A stretch of DNA of 59,879 nt, counting the filler, from Sphacelaria rigidula (lineage: Eukaryota): NCBI GenBank assembly GCA_964200075.2. It is 5 parts of 5 records of this genome, joined end to end, with 100 filler letters (N's around TTAATTAATTAA, not from the genome) between each part and the next. Parts side by side here need not be neighbours in the genome. Positions count along the whole stretch, not along the records: positions 35,992 to 47,886 come from CAXNAA020004363.1; positions 47,987 to 59,879 come from CAXNAA020004364.1; 3 more parts are not named here. One strand, written 5' to 3'. Of this stretch, positions 37,034-48,421 are shown piece after piece (positions within the stretch are counted from its first letter, which is position 1; every line of letters begins with the position of its first letter). The position numbers were made by a program, and so were the translations under genes. The notes beneath the pieces were generated by a model. That model was not told the DNA's origin. It did no database searches and was given only the letters and a program-made list of their open reading frames with translations.

Positions 37034-39579
37034 CAAACACCATTTCAACCTCATTTTCGATATGGACCCCATTTTTCAGGATCCACTGTTTTTTGGTCTC
37101 GCGGGTTGGGTCAACACTCCCGTACCGCGTCAACGCACGTCACACAAACTCAGTCGGCTACTTTGTTTACTCACGTTCTCATGCTTTGCACGGTGGGAAT
37201 CATAAATTACGAAGATAATACTCAACGCGTCGGGAATCGAACCCTTGTTCTCTCCACCCTGACGGTTACAGTCGGACAATGACACCACCGGGTCGTAGCG
37301 GCATATACTCGGATTAGTAGGGTTCAACTCATGAGTAATTTCGGCCACATCTATATGCACGATCTCATTTCTGACATGCTTCCATAATGCGCCGCTATTC
37401 GTGTCTACAGTGAAAGCACGTCATTCGCATCTGTGCCTGCATGCATGAAGAATATCATGCCCCGGCAAAATTTTCGACAGCTAAAGCACATTACGTTCGT
37501 CTGTAATTCCGGAGAATGATGGTCGTAACATTTTAACCAACAATGCATGTCGTTCACCAAACCGCCATTTTTTTCACACCATCACTACCTGTCATAACGG
37601 TAGCGTGTCATGATGCTGCAGGGATATCATAGCCAACCGGTCCGAGGTGAACGTCACTTTCAAGCCTAGCTGGCGTCGGTAAACGGGCCTGCCGAATAAA
37701 CAACGCGGTTTTGCTTCAATTGGATTGCACTGCAAACTCCCGTGTGGCAAATACAGTAAGCGCAAGCTCGATGGGTGAAGGCAGCATAGCGTTGCTCCTT
37801 CCAGCTGCATCGTACGGTGGAAATCGAGCGTACAGCAGCTATTGGAGGGAAAGATATAGCAAATCAGTGTAGAGAACCATGCTATCTTAGCATCAACCGT
37901 GACTCCTGCCGAATGAGACCTACTTGAGAAGATCTGACTCTGCATAGTAACAGTATCAAATCGGACTGTGCACGCATCTCGCAGGGTTGCTTCATTCAAA
38001 TTGCATTGCACGCAGGGACACAGAGTGCGGCAGCAACCGCTGCGTGGTGTATAAAGCAAGCACAACGTTGTCTCATCACACGGCAAAGTCATAGCGTACA
38101 GTAGCAGCGGCGTGAGTTGTGAACGCGTCCAGCGTGGCTTCATCAGATACAGTACAGTGAGTGGTGCAATACGCAGGTAGTTCGTTTTGCGTTCAACCTG
38201 TAAAATGCCAACCCACCTGCAGCACAAAACATTAAAGATCTGGAGTATCGCGTATAATAGTTCCAAGCTCAAAATTCTGCGGAATTTTGGTTTCCTTCGG
38301 TCAAGCTCTTGACAGCCAAACCCCCTACAGCTCTTCTGTGATTTGCAAGACTGGCAAGTGCAGGACTTGCACGGTGTTGTATGTCGTATATATTATAGTC
38401 CTATATTACACACCATGGTTACAATTCACAACTGTAGCATCATGGAGCTGAAAAGGTACCCTGTTTTCCCTTACGTACGCAGAAAAACATGATTATCAAC
38501 TCAGGGGATCTCGTCAAACGAGACTGTAAACTCGAATGATTGAATGGCGCTAGTTTGAATATCCACACCGCCAAAGTAGAACATGAGCCCACTATTGTGT
38601 TGCTCACTCGAGCTGTCTCACACGGCAGGAGCTGAGCATACAACAGCTGCTACTTTGAGCATCAAGCTGTCTAATCTCACAGTCATAGGGTGGCGTACAG
38701 CCACACCTGCGCAGTGTATAGATTTGCGTTGTTTGTTTCATCCACATCACGGGGTGTAAAGGTTCATCTCTCCCACGTTTTCGTTGATGTGTGCAAAAGA
38801 GCTTCCCTGTTGCGGCGTGTAAAGCAAGCATAACGTGATCTCCTCATGCAGCACCATCATAATCCACTGTATCCACTGAGTGGAAATTGGGGTAAAAATT
38901 GCCCTGCTTTATCACACGGCGCAAGAACCCCGTAAGCCAGTGTTGCGGTTGCGATGTCGCGGTATGCGGTGTAGCTTCTGTTTCGTGCCTATTTGAAGCA
39001 ACACTGGCGGCAGTATAGCAGGCAACTTCGATCATAGCTAGCGTTTGTTGCTCTACTGTACTCACTGTCGTCTGCACAGTCACGTTGACAACATGCACGG
39101 AAATTAACAATGACTGTGAAAACCAAACAGTTGAATTTTTTCAACTAATTTCACACAATTTGAGGGACTCTTAAGAGCTGAGGGAAAGTGGCCGCTTTGG
39201 GTCTGGTCAAACGTGCGAAGATACTGCCGAACAGCGACACGAAACTTTGCTGGGATTGGCATACGGCAATCAATACAGAACAGAACAGAAATCGACAGCT
39301 TAACGTTCTTATTTGAAACGAATGCGCATGAAACGGCTTGCAGGTCGGGAAGCGCGGGTTTTCATGGAGTAGAAACTCTCTGTGCCCCCGTCAGTATTAC
39401 ATGCGCTTGAGAAAGGTCTATCGTCGTTCTTTAATACCTGGCGAGGGGATGAATAGCAACCCTTCCTCAGCTCTTGACCGTCCTTCAAGTTGTGTGAAAC
39501 TAGTTGAGAAAATTCAACTGTTCAGCTTGTACAGTCCGTGTATGTTGTCAACGTGACTGTGTAGACGACAGTCAGCACA

Positions 39580-40534
39580 GTAGAGCAACGAAAGCTAACT
39601 ATGATCGGGTTTGCCTGCTGTACTGTCGCCAGCGTTGCTTGATAGCCACACTACCTTTGCGGCCGGTGGTTGATGGCGTGGGTGTCAAAACTAACGACAG
39701 GTGGATGATCGTGGAGCACTCTTGGTACTCGTGGGGTCATATTTTGCCCCAGCTTGTGATGATACTGGAAAGCTGCTGTACCGTGAGGTTCACGCAGCGG
39801 ATGTGTGCTCTAGATTGCAGCATAGAGGCACCCCTCTTCGCCACGCTACCAACAGTTAGGTCACCACCATAATAGGTATATTTTTTCACTCCGCATGTCA
39901 AGAAGGTCTTCACAAGTGTTTGATCTCTCATACATTCCCTCAACTGGCGTGTGACACGCTCCTGTCGTCGCGCACCCAGATGGTCACATGTCGGGTAAAA
40001 TAAACGATGAATAACTCCCCCCAAGTTCACATTGGATCTGTTATTGCCGCAGCAACGTCCTTGTTGGCATGCGTGTGACAGAGAACAGTAGCGGTGACGA
40101 GAATTTTGCCCTGTTCTTCCACGACATGCACTGCAGCGCACAGAGGCACGTCCTGTCGAAAACGCAAGGCAGAGGGAGATCCATCTTCGCATTGGTGAGC
40201 TCCAAAGACAAGAAGAGACGGCATCCCTCCGCATCTCGACGTTCTTTGGGGGGCTGTGCCTGGCTGTGCAGCGATATAACATGCCTACCGGCACATGAGA
40301 AATAGGGTATGTGCTGGTAACATGCATAATGTTAGTCCCTCGAGTATTTGGTAATCGCCGAGCGAGGACACACAAAGGACACGGGCGAGGAGCTTCCTCT
40401 CTGCCGTTGCTTCATCGACAGGCGTGTACACCGCATTCATTCTGTGCACCTGGCCAAAACTGCTCAACTGCTGTAGACATTTGGGGGAAGATATGGTTTC
40501 GCTCCGTGTAACTGTTTCGCGTCATCTCTGCAAA
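39580..40534 (+). repeat. about 950-bp repeat, copy 2
   Basis: Direct diverged copy of 36095-37033. Confidence 0.92.
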
Positions 40535-40759
40535 AAAGGTATGCTGCTTGATCCTCATTTTTCATACCAACCCAGAAACTTCAGATCCGCTGTTAAGTAT
40601 TGCATCAAATACTGCATCGACTACTGTACTCTCCAATAAGCAAGTTCAAGACACCAGCCGAACGTCAGCTTCAACAGTGACTGATACATGCCCGTCATCA
40701 CGGGGTTTAGGCTTTACTTTTGGGCTTCACTGTTTTTGTTGGTCCTGCGAACAAGGAGA

Positions 40760-41982
40760 GCACTCGGACATCCGTTTCTATACCATTCGAGATGGTTTGT
40801 GGTTCAGGGACTTCACACCACTACTTGGACTCCTGCCCAACAGAGAGGAATTGTTTGACTACGTGAAACTTGATCCTCCCATGAGAATTCTTACAGCAAG
40901 GCGCAATCTACTTCACGGCACAAGCAAAAGGGTGCTCCACTTCATCTTCTGTGACCAGCAGGGTAATCAGCACTCCGTCCACCTTGCAGCCATCATTGCT
41001 TCCGGCCTAGGAACACACCTCTTCTCACCCGTTGAACCATTGACGAAGGATGTTGAAACCGTTTTTTCCGTTAACTCTCCTATGGATCTTGGAAAAGTCA
41101 ACATTCAAATCCGCACCGACAACAACGGTATGCTTCACTTCATCAACATGAAGACTATTTGGGATCCAAGGACCTCCAACACAAACACCGGGTCAGCACT
41201 CACGACTAAGGTCGTGTCCAGGGAATGTATAGGGATGGGCACAGCATCACCAGCAGCAACATCTCCACCGGACATTAAACCGACAGGAGCAGTCAAGATA
41301 GCGGAACCACCTCCAACAGCTCCCGGCAGAACAGTGAAAATAGCGTGCGATCCACCGGGGGGAATGAAGAAGAGTCCAAATCACGAAAATAAAGATCTTC
41401 ATGGGTCAAGCCTGCAACTGCACACAACAACACAGATAGTGAACAGAAGTTGAAATTTCACGAAAAGAAACAGCGCGCCAACTCTGCAACCGCACACAAC
41501 AACAGGCGTGGACACTACAGAAGTAGGGGTACAGGAGTTGAGGCTATCTCATTTTCTACAGCAGAAGAATTGACAACTTGACGGCAGAAGAACCGTAATT
41601 ATCTTCCCCTTCGCGGTTATGATCATCAGCGGCACCAGAAGTACCAGCGCCAGCAAAATCAGCAGCGGCACCAGCGTCAGCAGCAGCAACCCAAGGCATC
41701 ACCCCAGGGTAGTTCCGGCATCAAATTTACAAAATCAGGATACATCAGAGAAGTGCTTGGCACCAAGAAAACCGATTCATCGGTGCTGCAGCAGATGCTT
41801 GCTGCACCACCTGCACACGTGAAAAGCGGGGCGGTTCTACGTCCCAGGAACATCGAGCGTAGAAGGCGCGGTGCTGAAATCCCCATGAGCCAGTACAAGC
41901 AGCACAAATGAAAATCACCTGATTTTTCAAGAAGCAACCATCCCAAGTGACACCACCTGTAAGCCCGAGAGCGGCATCCACT
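40760..41982 (+). mobile_element. Ty1/copia relic (protease region and low-complexity linker), interrupted by the LTR element
   Basis: MVCGSGTSHHYLDS at about 40792-40833 resembles the copia VDSGASxH motif. After a frameshift comes DYVKLDPP...GLGTHLFS. The frame QVTPPVSPRAAST continues as IEKPAPIFSALEHH after 45764. Confidence 0.7.
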
Positions 41983-42402
41983 TGTTACGGTGAATACTGA
42001 CTGTATATGTAATAGGTGTTTCGAAGTGCACATGACATGTACAGTAGGTTTTATTCCATTCGCATATTGGTGTCGTGTTCCAATTAGACGTGATCAGTCG
42101 GGGCCCTGGCCTATCACAACTTTTCCAGCACCCAGAAATTCTGGTTCTAGCTAACCAGTAGCCAAGCCTAATGACGAAAGCTATCAGCCACACTTGGAGA
42201 CATCCCGCTTGCAAGCAAGTCAAGAGCACCTCACTGCACGTGAACGTGAGTCCCTGTTTGACCTTATGATGCAGTGCTGGTTAGACTATCACTCCTCTCG
42301 ACCGCGATCGTTCATTGCGGCCAGCCGCTGGCTTCGTGCCACCCCTGGCCTGGTATGTTCCTCTAGAGTGATACCAGTATCACGTCGTGGCTAGACCACA
42401 AC
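41983..42402 (+). repeat. 5' LTR
   Basis: TGTTACGGTGAATACTGAC...GACCACAAC, collinear with 45335-45759. Confidence 0.92.
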
Positions 42403-42403
42403 T

Positions 42404-42440
42404 TGGTGACCAATCCGAGAATCGAACTCGGGTTTCCACG
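42404..42440 (+). promoter_or_regulatory. extended primer-binding site, complement of a tRNA 3' half (His-like)
   Basis: Reverse complement is CGTGG AAAC CCGAG TTCGATT CTCGG ATTGGTC A CCA: 3' anticodon stem, variable loop, perfect T-arm, acceptor strand, discriminator and CCA. Confidence 0.85.
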
Positions 42441-42528
42441 CAGGAGGTAGTCGTAAGACCAGGAGACCCGCTACTGCATATGTTGTCGACCCTTTGCAAG
42501 TCAAGACATCAGGTAGGGTGAGCACGTC

Positions 42529-42765
42529 CCATTGGCTTTTGGAACCAAGCGCACATTGCCTGACACGCTCCTTCCCTCCCCGACTTGCCGTGTCGACGCA
42601 AAACCACGCATATATCTAACCTGACTTGCACCTATCTCACAGAAACGTCTCATTGGCTCTTTGAACCAAGCGCACATTGCTTGACACGCTGCTTCCCTCC
42701 CCGAGTGCCGTGCCGACGCAAAACCACGCATATATCTACAGCTGATTTGCACTTATCTCACAAGA
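42529..42765 (+). repeat. two tandem units of about 120 bp in the element leader
   Basis: cattggct.tt.gaaccaagcgcacattgc.tgacacgct...cgacgcaaaaccacgcatatatcta...tgcac.tatctcaca occurs twice. Confidence 0.9.
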
Positions 42766-42799
42766 AGCAGAACCACGTATAGTACTGAATTCTTGCGTA

Positions 42800-43400
42800 G
42801 AATAGAGCGAACAGCACCTATGCGAGGTAAGACTGGTGATGGATCCGGAGAGAGATCTCAACGAGTCGGGATGGCAACCGCAGGAATTGCAGTACTAGAA
42901 CACGGTACATGGAAAGTTGACAAGGATCGATGACGGCACGCGGTCCGAAGGTGGTGATGCCAGGACACAAAATACGTACGCGCAGGATAGCCCGCCATAG
43001 GTCGAACCGTATCTCGTTACCCGCCTCACCTAAGATAGTCAATCGCAGACGCTTCCGCCTCGTTTGCCTGAACACTATACTTCAAGGCGACGCCAACGTT
43101 TGACCAAAAACCTTACCTCCTCACCCGGAAAAACCGACGCGAGTCTCAATCAAGAAAATATCAGATTGGAAAAAGCGAGGAAAGACTCAGGATGGAGCAA
43201 TGTCGGAGGGGCTACCAGCAAGCGGAATGCTGGAAAGCCTCACGCTCCCACGAGTGGACGGGTTCCACGCCCTTCGGCACCTACACCACCGGGCCAAGGC
43301 ATCAAGTGTGCCAACCCGCCGGAGCACGCCATGTCCCTCTGTCGCGCAGTGATACTCTGAACTTGTCCTCCATACGTTCCGTATTCTGAGAGGATTTTGA
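42800..43400 (+). pseudogene. decayed gag-like region
   Basis: Lies downstream of the PBS. Broken basic/Pro-rich frame ending KCANPPEHAMSLC, a possible eroded zinc knuckle. Confidence 0.35.
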
Positions 43401-43749
43401 CGGAACTGAGCGAAAAAGACAGGTCTTCGACGACGTCAAATGCTGCGGGAGAGTTATATAAGACGGCGAAGACTACGTAAAGTCTTCAAGTGAAGAGTTC
43501 CAGCAAATGGCCCACACGAGCGAGCCTATGGCATTGAGCGAACAAAGCAGAAAAAAACATTAATTTTGTACGAAGGAGATAATAGGAGATCGTTTTGTGC
43601 TGCATTACATGAGCGAGCACCGTTTTGTCTATTTTTTTCTAAGTAATGAGTAGTAGTTCAGTACTATTTCTTCCATAGAAGATCATTATTTTGGAACGTA
43701 CGCTTTCTGCCCCTTACCCGTACCTTCGTCCTTTTATCCAACATTAACC

Positions 43750-43808
43750 TCTCCCTGATGAGCTCAAGCCGGGAGTCCCGCTCTTGCAGCAAAACTAGTC
43801 ACGGCTCC
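43750..43808 (+). ncRNA. degenerate type I minimal hammerhead ribozyme motif
   Basis: CTGATGA at 43755-43761. Stem II gctcaag..cggg-agt-cccg..cttgcagc. Then AAAAC (GAAAC with G12 to A), TA, GTC (palindromic ACTAGT stem III). Stem I is weak. Confidence 0.6.
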
Positions 43809-45334
43809 TTCATCAAAATCGCTCTCGCCTGCTCGAAAACGGTCTGAGGGCTGCCACAAAAACCGAGGAAAAGCCCCGCGAAGTTACGTTGCCAAACACG
43901 ACTAAGTGATGATTGAACTTTTATGTTCACGTCAGAGAAGGCTTCAAACCGTCATTTTCATACTAAAATCTAGTTGTTGGCGGTTTCACCGTGGCACGGC
44001 AACGCTCATCGCACAAACACGAAAAACTTCAAGCCATGGTGCTTTTCTTCTACCTTCGTCGGGTCTGTTTTCACCCGTGTTTTCCCGTTGATCAAGAGCT
44101 AGACTATATATTTGGTCATCGTTTGCGGCTTAATTACCTCACTTCAAAACGATTGATCTTGATTTAGTTTTGGGGGCATGGTCCGCCTTCTTGATTTTTT
44201 CGCCTCGTTTTTCTTGGGATGAGATTTTCCCCTCAGGACCTTATGGTTTCTTATTTGTTCGGTTTCCTGGTCTGGATTCCTCCATTTGTTCCTTTTCCCT
44301 AGTCCGTTTTGGTTTCTCTGGCTTTTGTAGGACCTGATCCTTTTTCTCGTGTCAGTTTTTTTCATTCATCATTTGATTTTCATGAGTTTTTTCATTGCAT
44401 TTTGAACCTGGTGTGAGTGTTTTTGTTTTCTTTCATATTCCAATTTCCTTTTCCCCGTTCTCTTTTTTTGTGGGTCTGGTTTGTTACTCCGGCACTTATA
44501 TTTCGGTTTCTCTTCCTTTCCACGTTTTCGTGGGATCAATCTTCCCCCGCTCTTTGCTTTTTTTCCCGGTCTTGCATTCCGTGGAGATTATTTAATTCTC
44601 CGTTGTGTCAGACCTGATTGCGCCCTTTGCTTCAGGCACCTGGTCCGTTCATCACGTTTCTTCATCCTCGGAGAACGTTAATCCGATTTTAGGGTGCCCC
44701 ACCCCTTCCGAGTAGAGATCATGTCGTGGAGTCAGCATTGTACGAAAAGGGTGGGGAACGAGTATCTACTCGGACACTGTACCATGACGGAACTGTTAAT
44801 CTGAGATGTAGGAGTCCCCCGGTGTCCAATAGGTCCGTTGCTGCTGGCGGGTGAGAGAAAAGCCTACGCACCCTCATCAACTAGTGTGCGCTTTCTTGGG
44901 GTTTGGAGTGGGTCAGCTTTTTTTGCGAGTCCTACACTGCTCAGCATTGGTGTAATCAATCAGGGGTGTCTAAGCGCCGTTACCATCGGAAAATAGTCAC
45001 CGGCTATTCTCGGTGGTTTCTGTTCCCAGTGTAACTGGGATCCCGGAACGACATAGCACATGCGAAAGCACTCGCTATGATCCGAAGGGGCGTGAGAGAG
45101 CTTTCCCCCAAAAATGAGGCTTTCCCCCCCCTGAATAACAGGTTTCCCCCATCTTTTTGATTTTATGACGAGTTTTTCCCGCGGTCATCTCTAGCCCCGA
45201 AATTCTGCGGTTTTCTCGTCTTTGACCTTATATTAGGCTGATAGCAAAGAAACTTGAGTGAATCACCTGGAGTGAATCGAGCTGTGTCTTTCCTGGTCTT
45301 GCATGAGCAGCCTGCACAAAGCCAGGGAGGAGGG

Positions 45335-45759
45335 TGTTACTGTGAATACTGACTGTATATGTGGTAGGCGTTTAGAAGTGCACATGACATGTACAGTAGG
45401 TTTTATTCCATTCGCATATTGGTGTCGTATTCCAATTAGACGTGCTCAGTCGGGGCCCTGACCTATGACAACTTTTCCATCACCTTGTACCTTCGGTTCT
45501 AGCTAACCAGTAGTCAAGCACCATGACAAAAGCTATCAGCTACACTTGGAGACATCCCGCTTGCAAGCAAGTCAAGAGCACCTCACTGCACGTGAAAGTG
45601 AGTCCCTGTTTGGCCATATGATGCAGTGCTGGTCGGACTCAAGAATCAGTCCTCTCGACTGCGATCTTTAATTGCGGCCAGCCGCTGGCTTCGTGCCACC
45701 CCTGACCTGGTATGTTCCTCTAGAGTGATACCAGTATCACGTCGTGGCCAGACCACAAC
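45335..45759 (+). repeat. 3' LTR
   Basis: TGTTACTGTGAATACTGAC...GACCACAAC, directly after the polypurine tract. Confidence 0.92.
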
Positions 45760-46709
45760 CCACCATCGAGAAGCCAGCACCCATCTTCAGCGCACTGGAG
45801 CATCATTCACCAGAAATATTGCTCGTCACGGAGCATAGGACGTACTACAGCATGACATCGGTTGAACTTTTCGTGTTTTGTTTGAAATGGAACCCTACTT
45901 TGTGCGAGCAGGTCCTCGTACTTCACTTTGCAGGATTTTAACATCATCATGACAACCACAGCAACTACGATCGAGTGAGGGCGTGGACAGAGGCGAGCAG
46001 TTACAACATCACCGAAATCGGACCGAACAAGATCAACGAACGCTACAAAAGTAACAACATCATTATCGAGTACAGATCCAGTGAGATATTTGTCAATGAC
46101 TGCTTGACTGGTACAGTAGCAGCGCAGTAGAGCATGGTATGTACGTACATCTTTTTTGTTTGTTTGACCATACGTAAGTACCAGAAATTTCCCCGAGAAA
46201 TTATTTGAGGGGATATTGGCTGTGCACTTTAGCGCATGGTTGGCAAGCACGTCGAAATCGATGAAAGGTTTTGTTATGACACCCTGTTCGATACAATACA
46301 CAGTCAAAAAAGTGTACTGAATACAGTATCGAGTATTGCGCCTATAGCAATAGACAATAGATTTCACACTGTACGCAGTACATTTTTCTACAATAATAGA
46401 AGCTTTTGTCCAGGGTGTGTTCGTTATACTGTTTTTAATGCATGGGCCTGTATGAAGGACCAAGCTTTATTTGAAACTTATGTGTCACGAGTACCGTACA
46501 CCGTACGTACCGGATTTGTTTATCAACCTGTGTACAAAAGTTCTTGATGACGCACCATGGTCATATGCCTTAGGTCAAATTCAACTGGCGATAACAGTCG
46601 CGCCCATAATAAGCGTTGGAGCACAAAAACGATATATCAAAGACATTGTTGGAAATCTGACACACAACTTTTAGTTTGGATGCATTTCCCATGTTCTGGG
46701 TTTCGGCTA

Positions 46710-46896
46710 CAGTGGGGGCCACGGTTCAAGAGAGCTCAGTTGAAGAGAATTGCCGGTTCAAGAGAGGTAAAAAGAGCTTGGCACACCACTTTCCTAAACC
46801 GGACCCTGGTTTCTTTTAAACCGGACCCATCTTTTTAAACCGACCTCTCTTTTCTCTCAAACCGGATCCACCCCCAAACCCCTCGCTCTTTCACTG
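46710..46896. mobile_element. small Tc1/mariner-like MITE
   Basis: TA|CAGTG...CACTG|TA ends. Internal ggttcaagagag motifs oppose aaaccg-type motifs. Confidence 0.4.
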
Positions 46897-46902
46897 TACA
46901 GT

Positions 46903-47138
46903 ACTGTAGTTGGTAAGCTCGAAACCTTCTGACGGTTGGGTCGTGGGTTCAAATCTCGGAGTGATCTGGGATTTTTTCTCACGCCATGTCCAACAGTGGA
47001 GAGCGACTATGTCGTAGGTACACAAAATTCGACTCAATGGTCGACAAGGGAAAGGGACTGCTGAACCCCTCATGCGATAAAAAATAAAAGGCAAGCACCG
47101 CAGAAGGTAGAGTAGTAAAAACGAATAAAAAAGAAAAG
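46903..47138 (+). mobile_element. tRNA-derived SINE-like element
   Basis: A-box-like tagttggtaa, B-box-like ggttcaaatctc at tRNA spacing, non-tRNA body and A-rich tail. Confidence 0.55.
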
Positions 47139-47886
47139 CTCCTGTGTTGACCTTCCTCCTATGTGACACTCCTCCTATGTGACCCCGGCTGGTGCGACCA
47201 CATATACCGAAAGGTGTAGACCGGCGTCCAGATTAGAAGAGAAACACACACACTGTAGCCCGAAAAGAACATCTCCGAACGTTCAGCAGTTGTAACATAC
47301 GAACAGCTTCAAGCTCCACTGGCTGCGAGCATGATGCCGTGTGTGGCGGGTATTACAGTGTTCGTACAGCAGTATAACTGCCTAGAGGTGTCACATGGCG
47401 GAGGTGTCGTACCATCTTCGTAAGGCCAAGCTGGCCTGGATGAACGAGTTTGGGTCGAGGAAACCAAAATAAACTTGCATGGCAGACTTCATGCATGTAG
47501 CAATGCAGAAGCTGCCGATGAGCGCATGTCATATGTCTATTGCTGGGCAAGACGAGTGTAGGTACTTGAGTTTCACTGGTGGTGGGAGAATCACTTATAC
47601 AGCAGTACAAAGTACAGTACTGTATGTGTGGGTTTCTGTCTTTTTGCCTTACTTTGTTTTTTGCTTCCGAGATGTGACGTGTGCGTAGCGTGCACGTGTT
47701 GGGTTGACCGCTCTGTTCAGGTGATGTGGGGATAACGTTGATAACGCGGAATATATTGATTTCTTCACAACAAGGGGGGATCGTACTGGACGCGGGTCCC
47801 GTAGCGCACAATAATAACAGGGTTGCCAGAAAACTGAGAAGGTATTTTGAAATGAGAATTCACCGCTCCCCGGGATTGTGTCCATT

Positions 47887-47986
47887 NNNNNNNNNNNNNN
47901 NNNNNNNNNNNNNNNNNNNNNNNNNNNNNNTTAATTAATTAANNNNNNNNNNNNNNNNNNNNNNNNNNNNNNNNNNNNNNNNNNNN
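47887..47986. other. artificial contig-joining spacer
   Basis: N44-TTAATTAATTAA-N44. Confidence 0.97.
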
Positions 47987-48153
47987 TGTTTGGGCGGGGG
48001 GGGGGCGTTGGGTACGGGGCGCGTGGGGGTTGGGGGGGGGGGGGGGGGGGGGGTAGACAGCACATTGTCCCACTGCCCCCCACCCCCACCCACCACCCCA
48101 CCACCCCACCACCCACCACACTCCACTCACCACACACACCACACACCACACAG

Positions 48154-48421
48154 CCACTTGCTGCGAACCACACCGATCTGCAACATGAGCCGCCTTCAGA
48201 CTTCCGGCTTTGTAAATGGCGGTAGCGCAGAGTCTGCGGCCGACGTTCCTGCCGAACCGTCTGTATCTGTGTCTGCTACGGCGGCGGCTGCTGCACCAGT
48301 GGCCGCCCCAGTGCCCTCCCTCTACCAAGAGTGGAGAGAGCGGGCAAACAGAGTTACCCGCGAAGGTAGCGGATCCTCTAGACTTCCCACACAACCCATC
48401 CCTGCAAGCCTACGTGTTCAA
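48154..48421 (+). CDS. candidate exon of unknown gene
   Basis: Boundaries cacag|C CAC...CAA|gtacgg. Open Ala/Pro/Ser-rich frame ...PSLYQEWRERANRVTREG...ASLRVQ. Confidence 0.45.

Larger units (their letters stand above)
41983..45759 (+). mobile_element. LTR retroelement with both LTRs and no recognisable pol (non-autonomous)
   Basis: Two LTRs of about 420 bp, PBS at 42404, PPT agggaggaggg at 45324-45334, and a flanking TSD CCACT/CCACC with one mismatch. Confidence 0.88.

Noticed and set aside
36541-37218. 225-aa plus-strand ORF as a gene
   Set aside because: The frame is not preserved in the second repeat copy and has no recognisable motifs.
42404-42440. tRNA gene on the minus strand
   Set aside because: Only positions 39-76 are present, CCA is encoded and it abuts an LTR, so it is a PBS rather than a gene.
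44690-44780. HDV-like ribozyme assignment for the pseudoknot
   Set aside because: The P3/L3 spacing and P4-J4/2 elements do not fit on either strand, so it is kept only as an unassigned structure.
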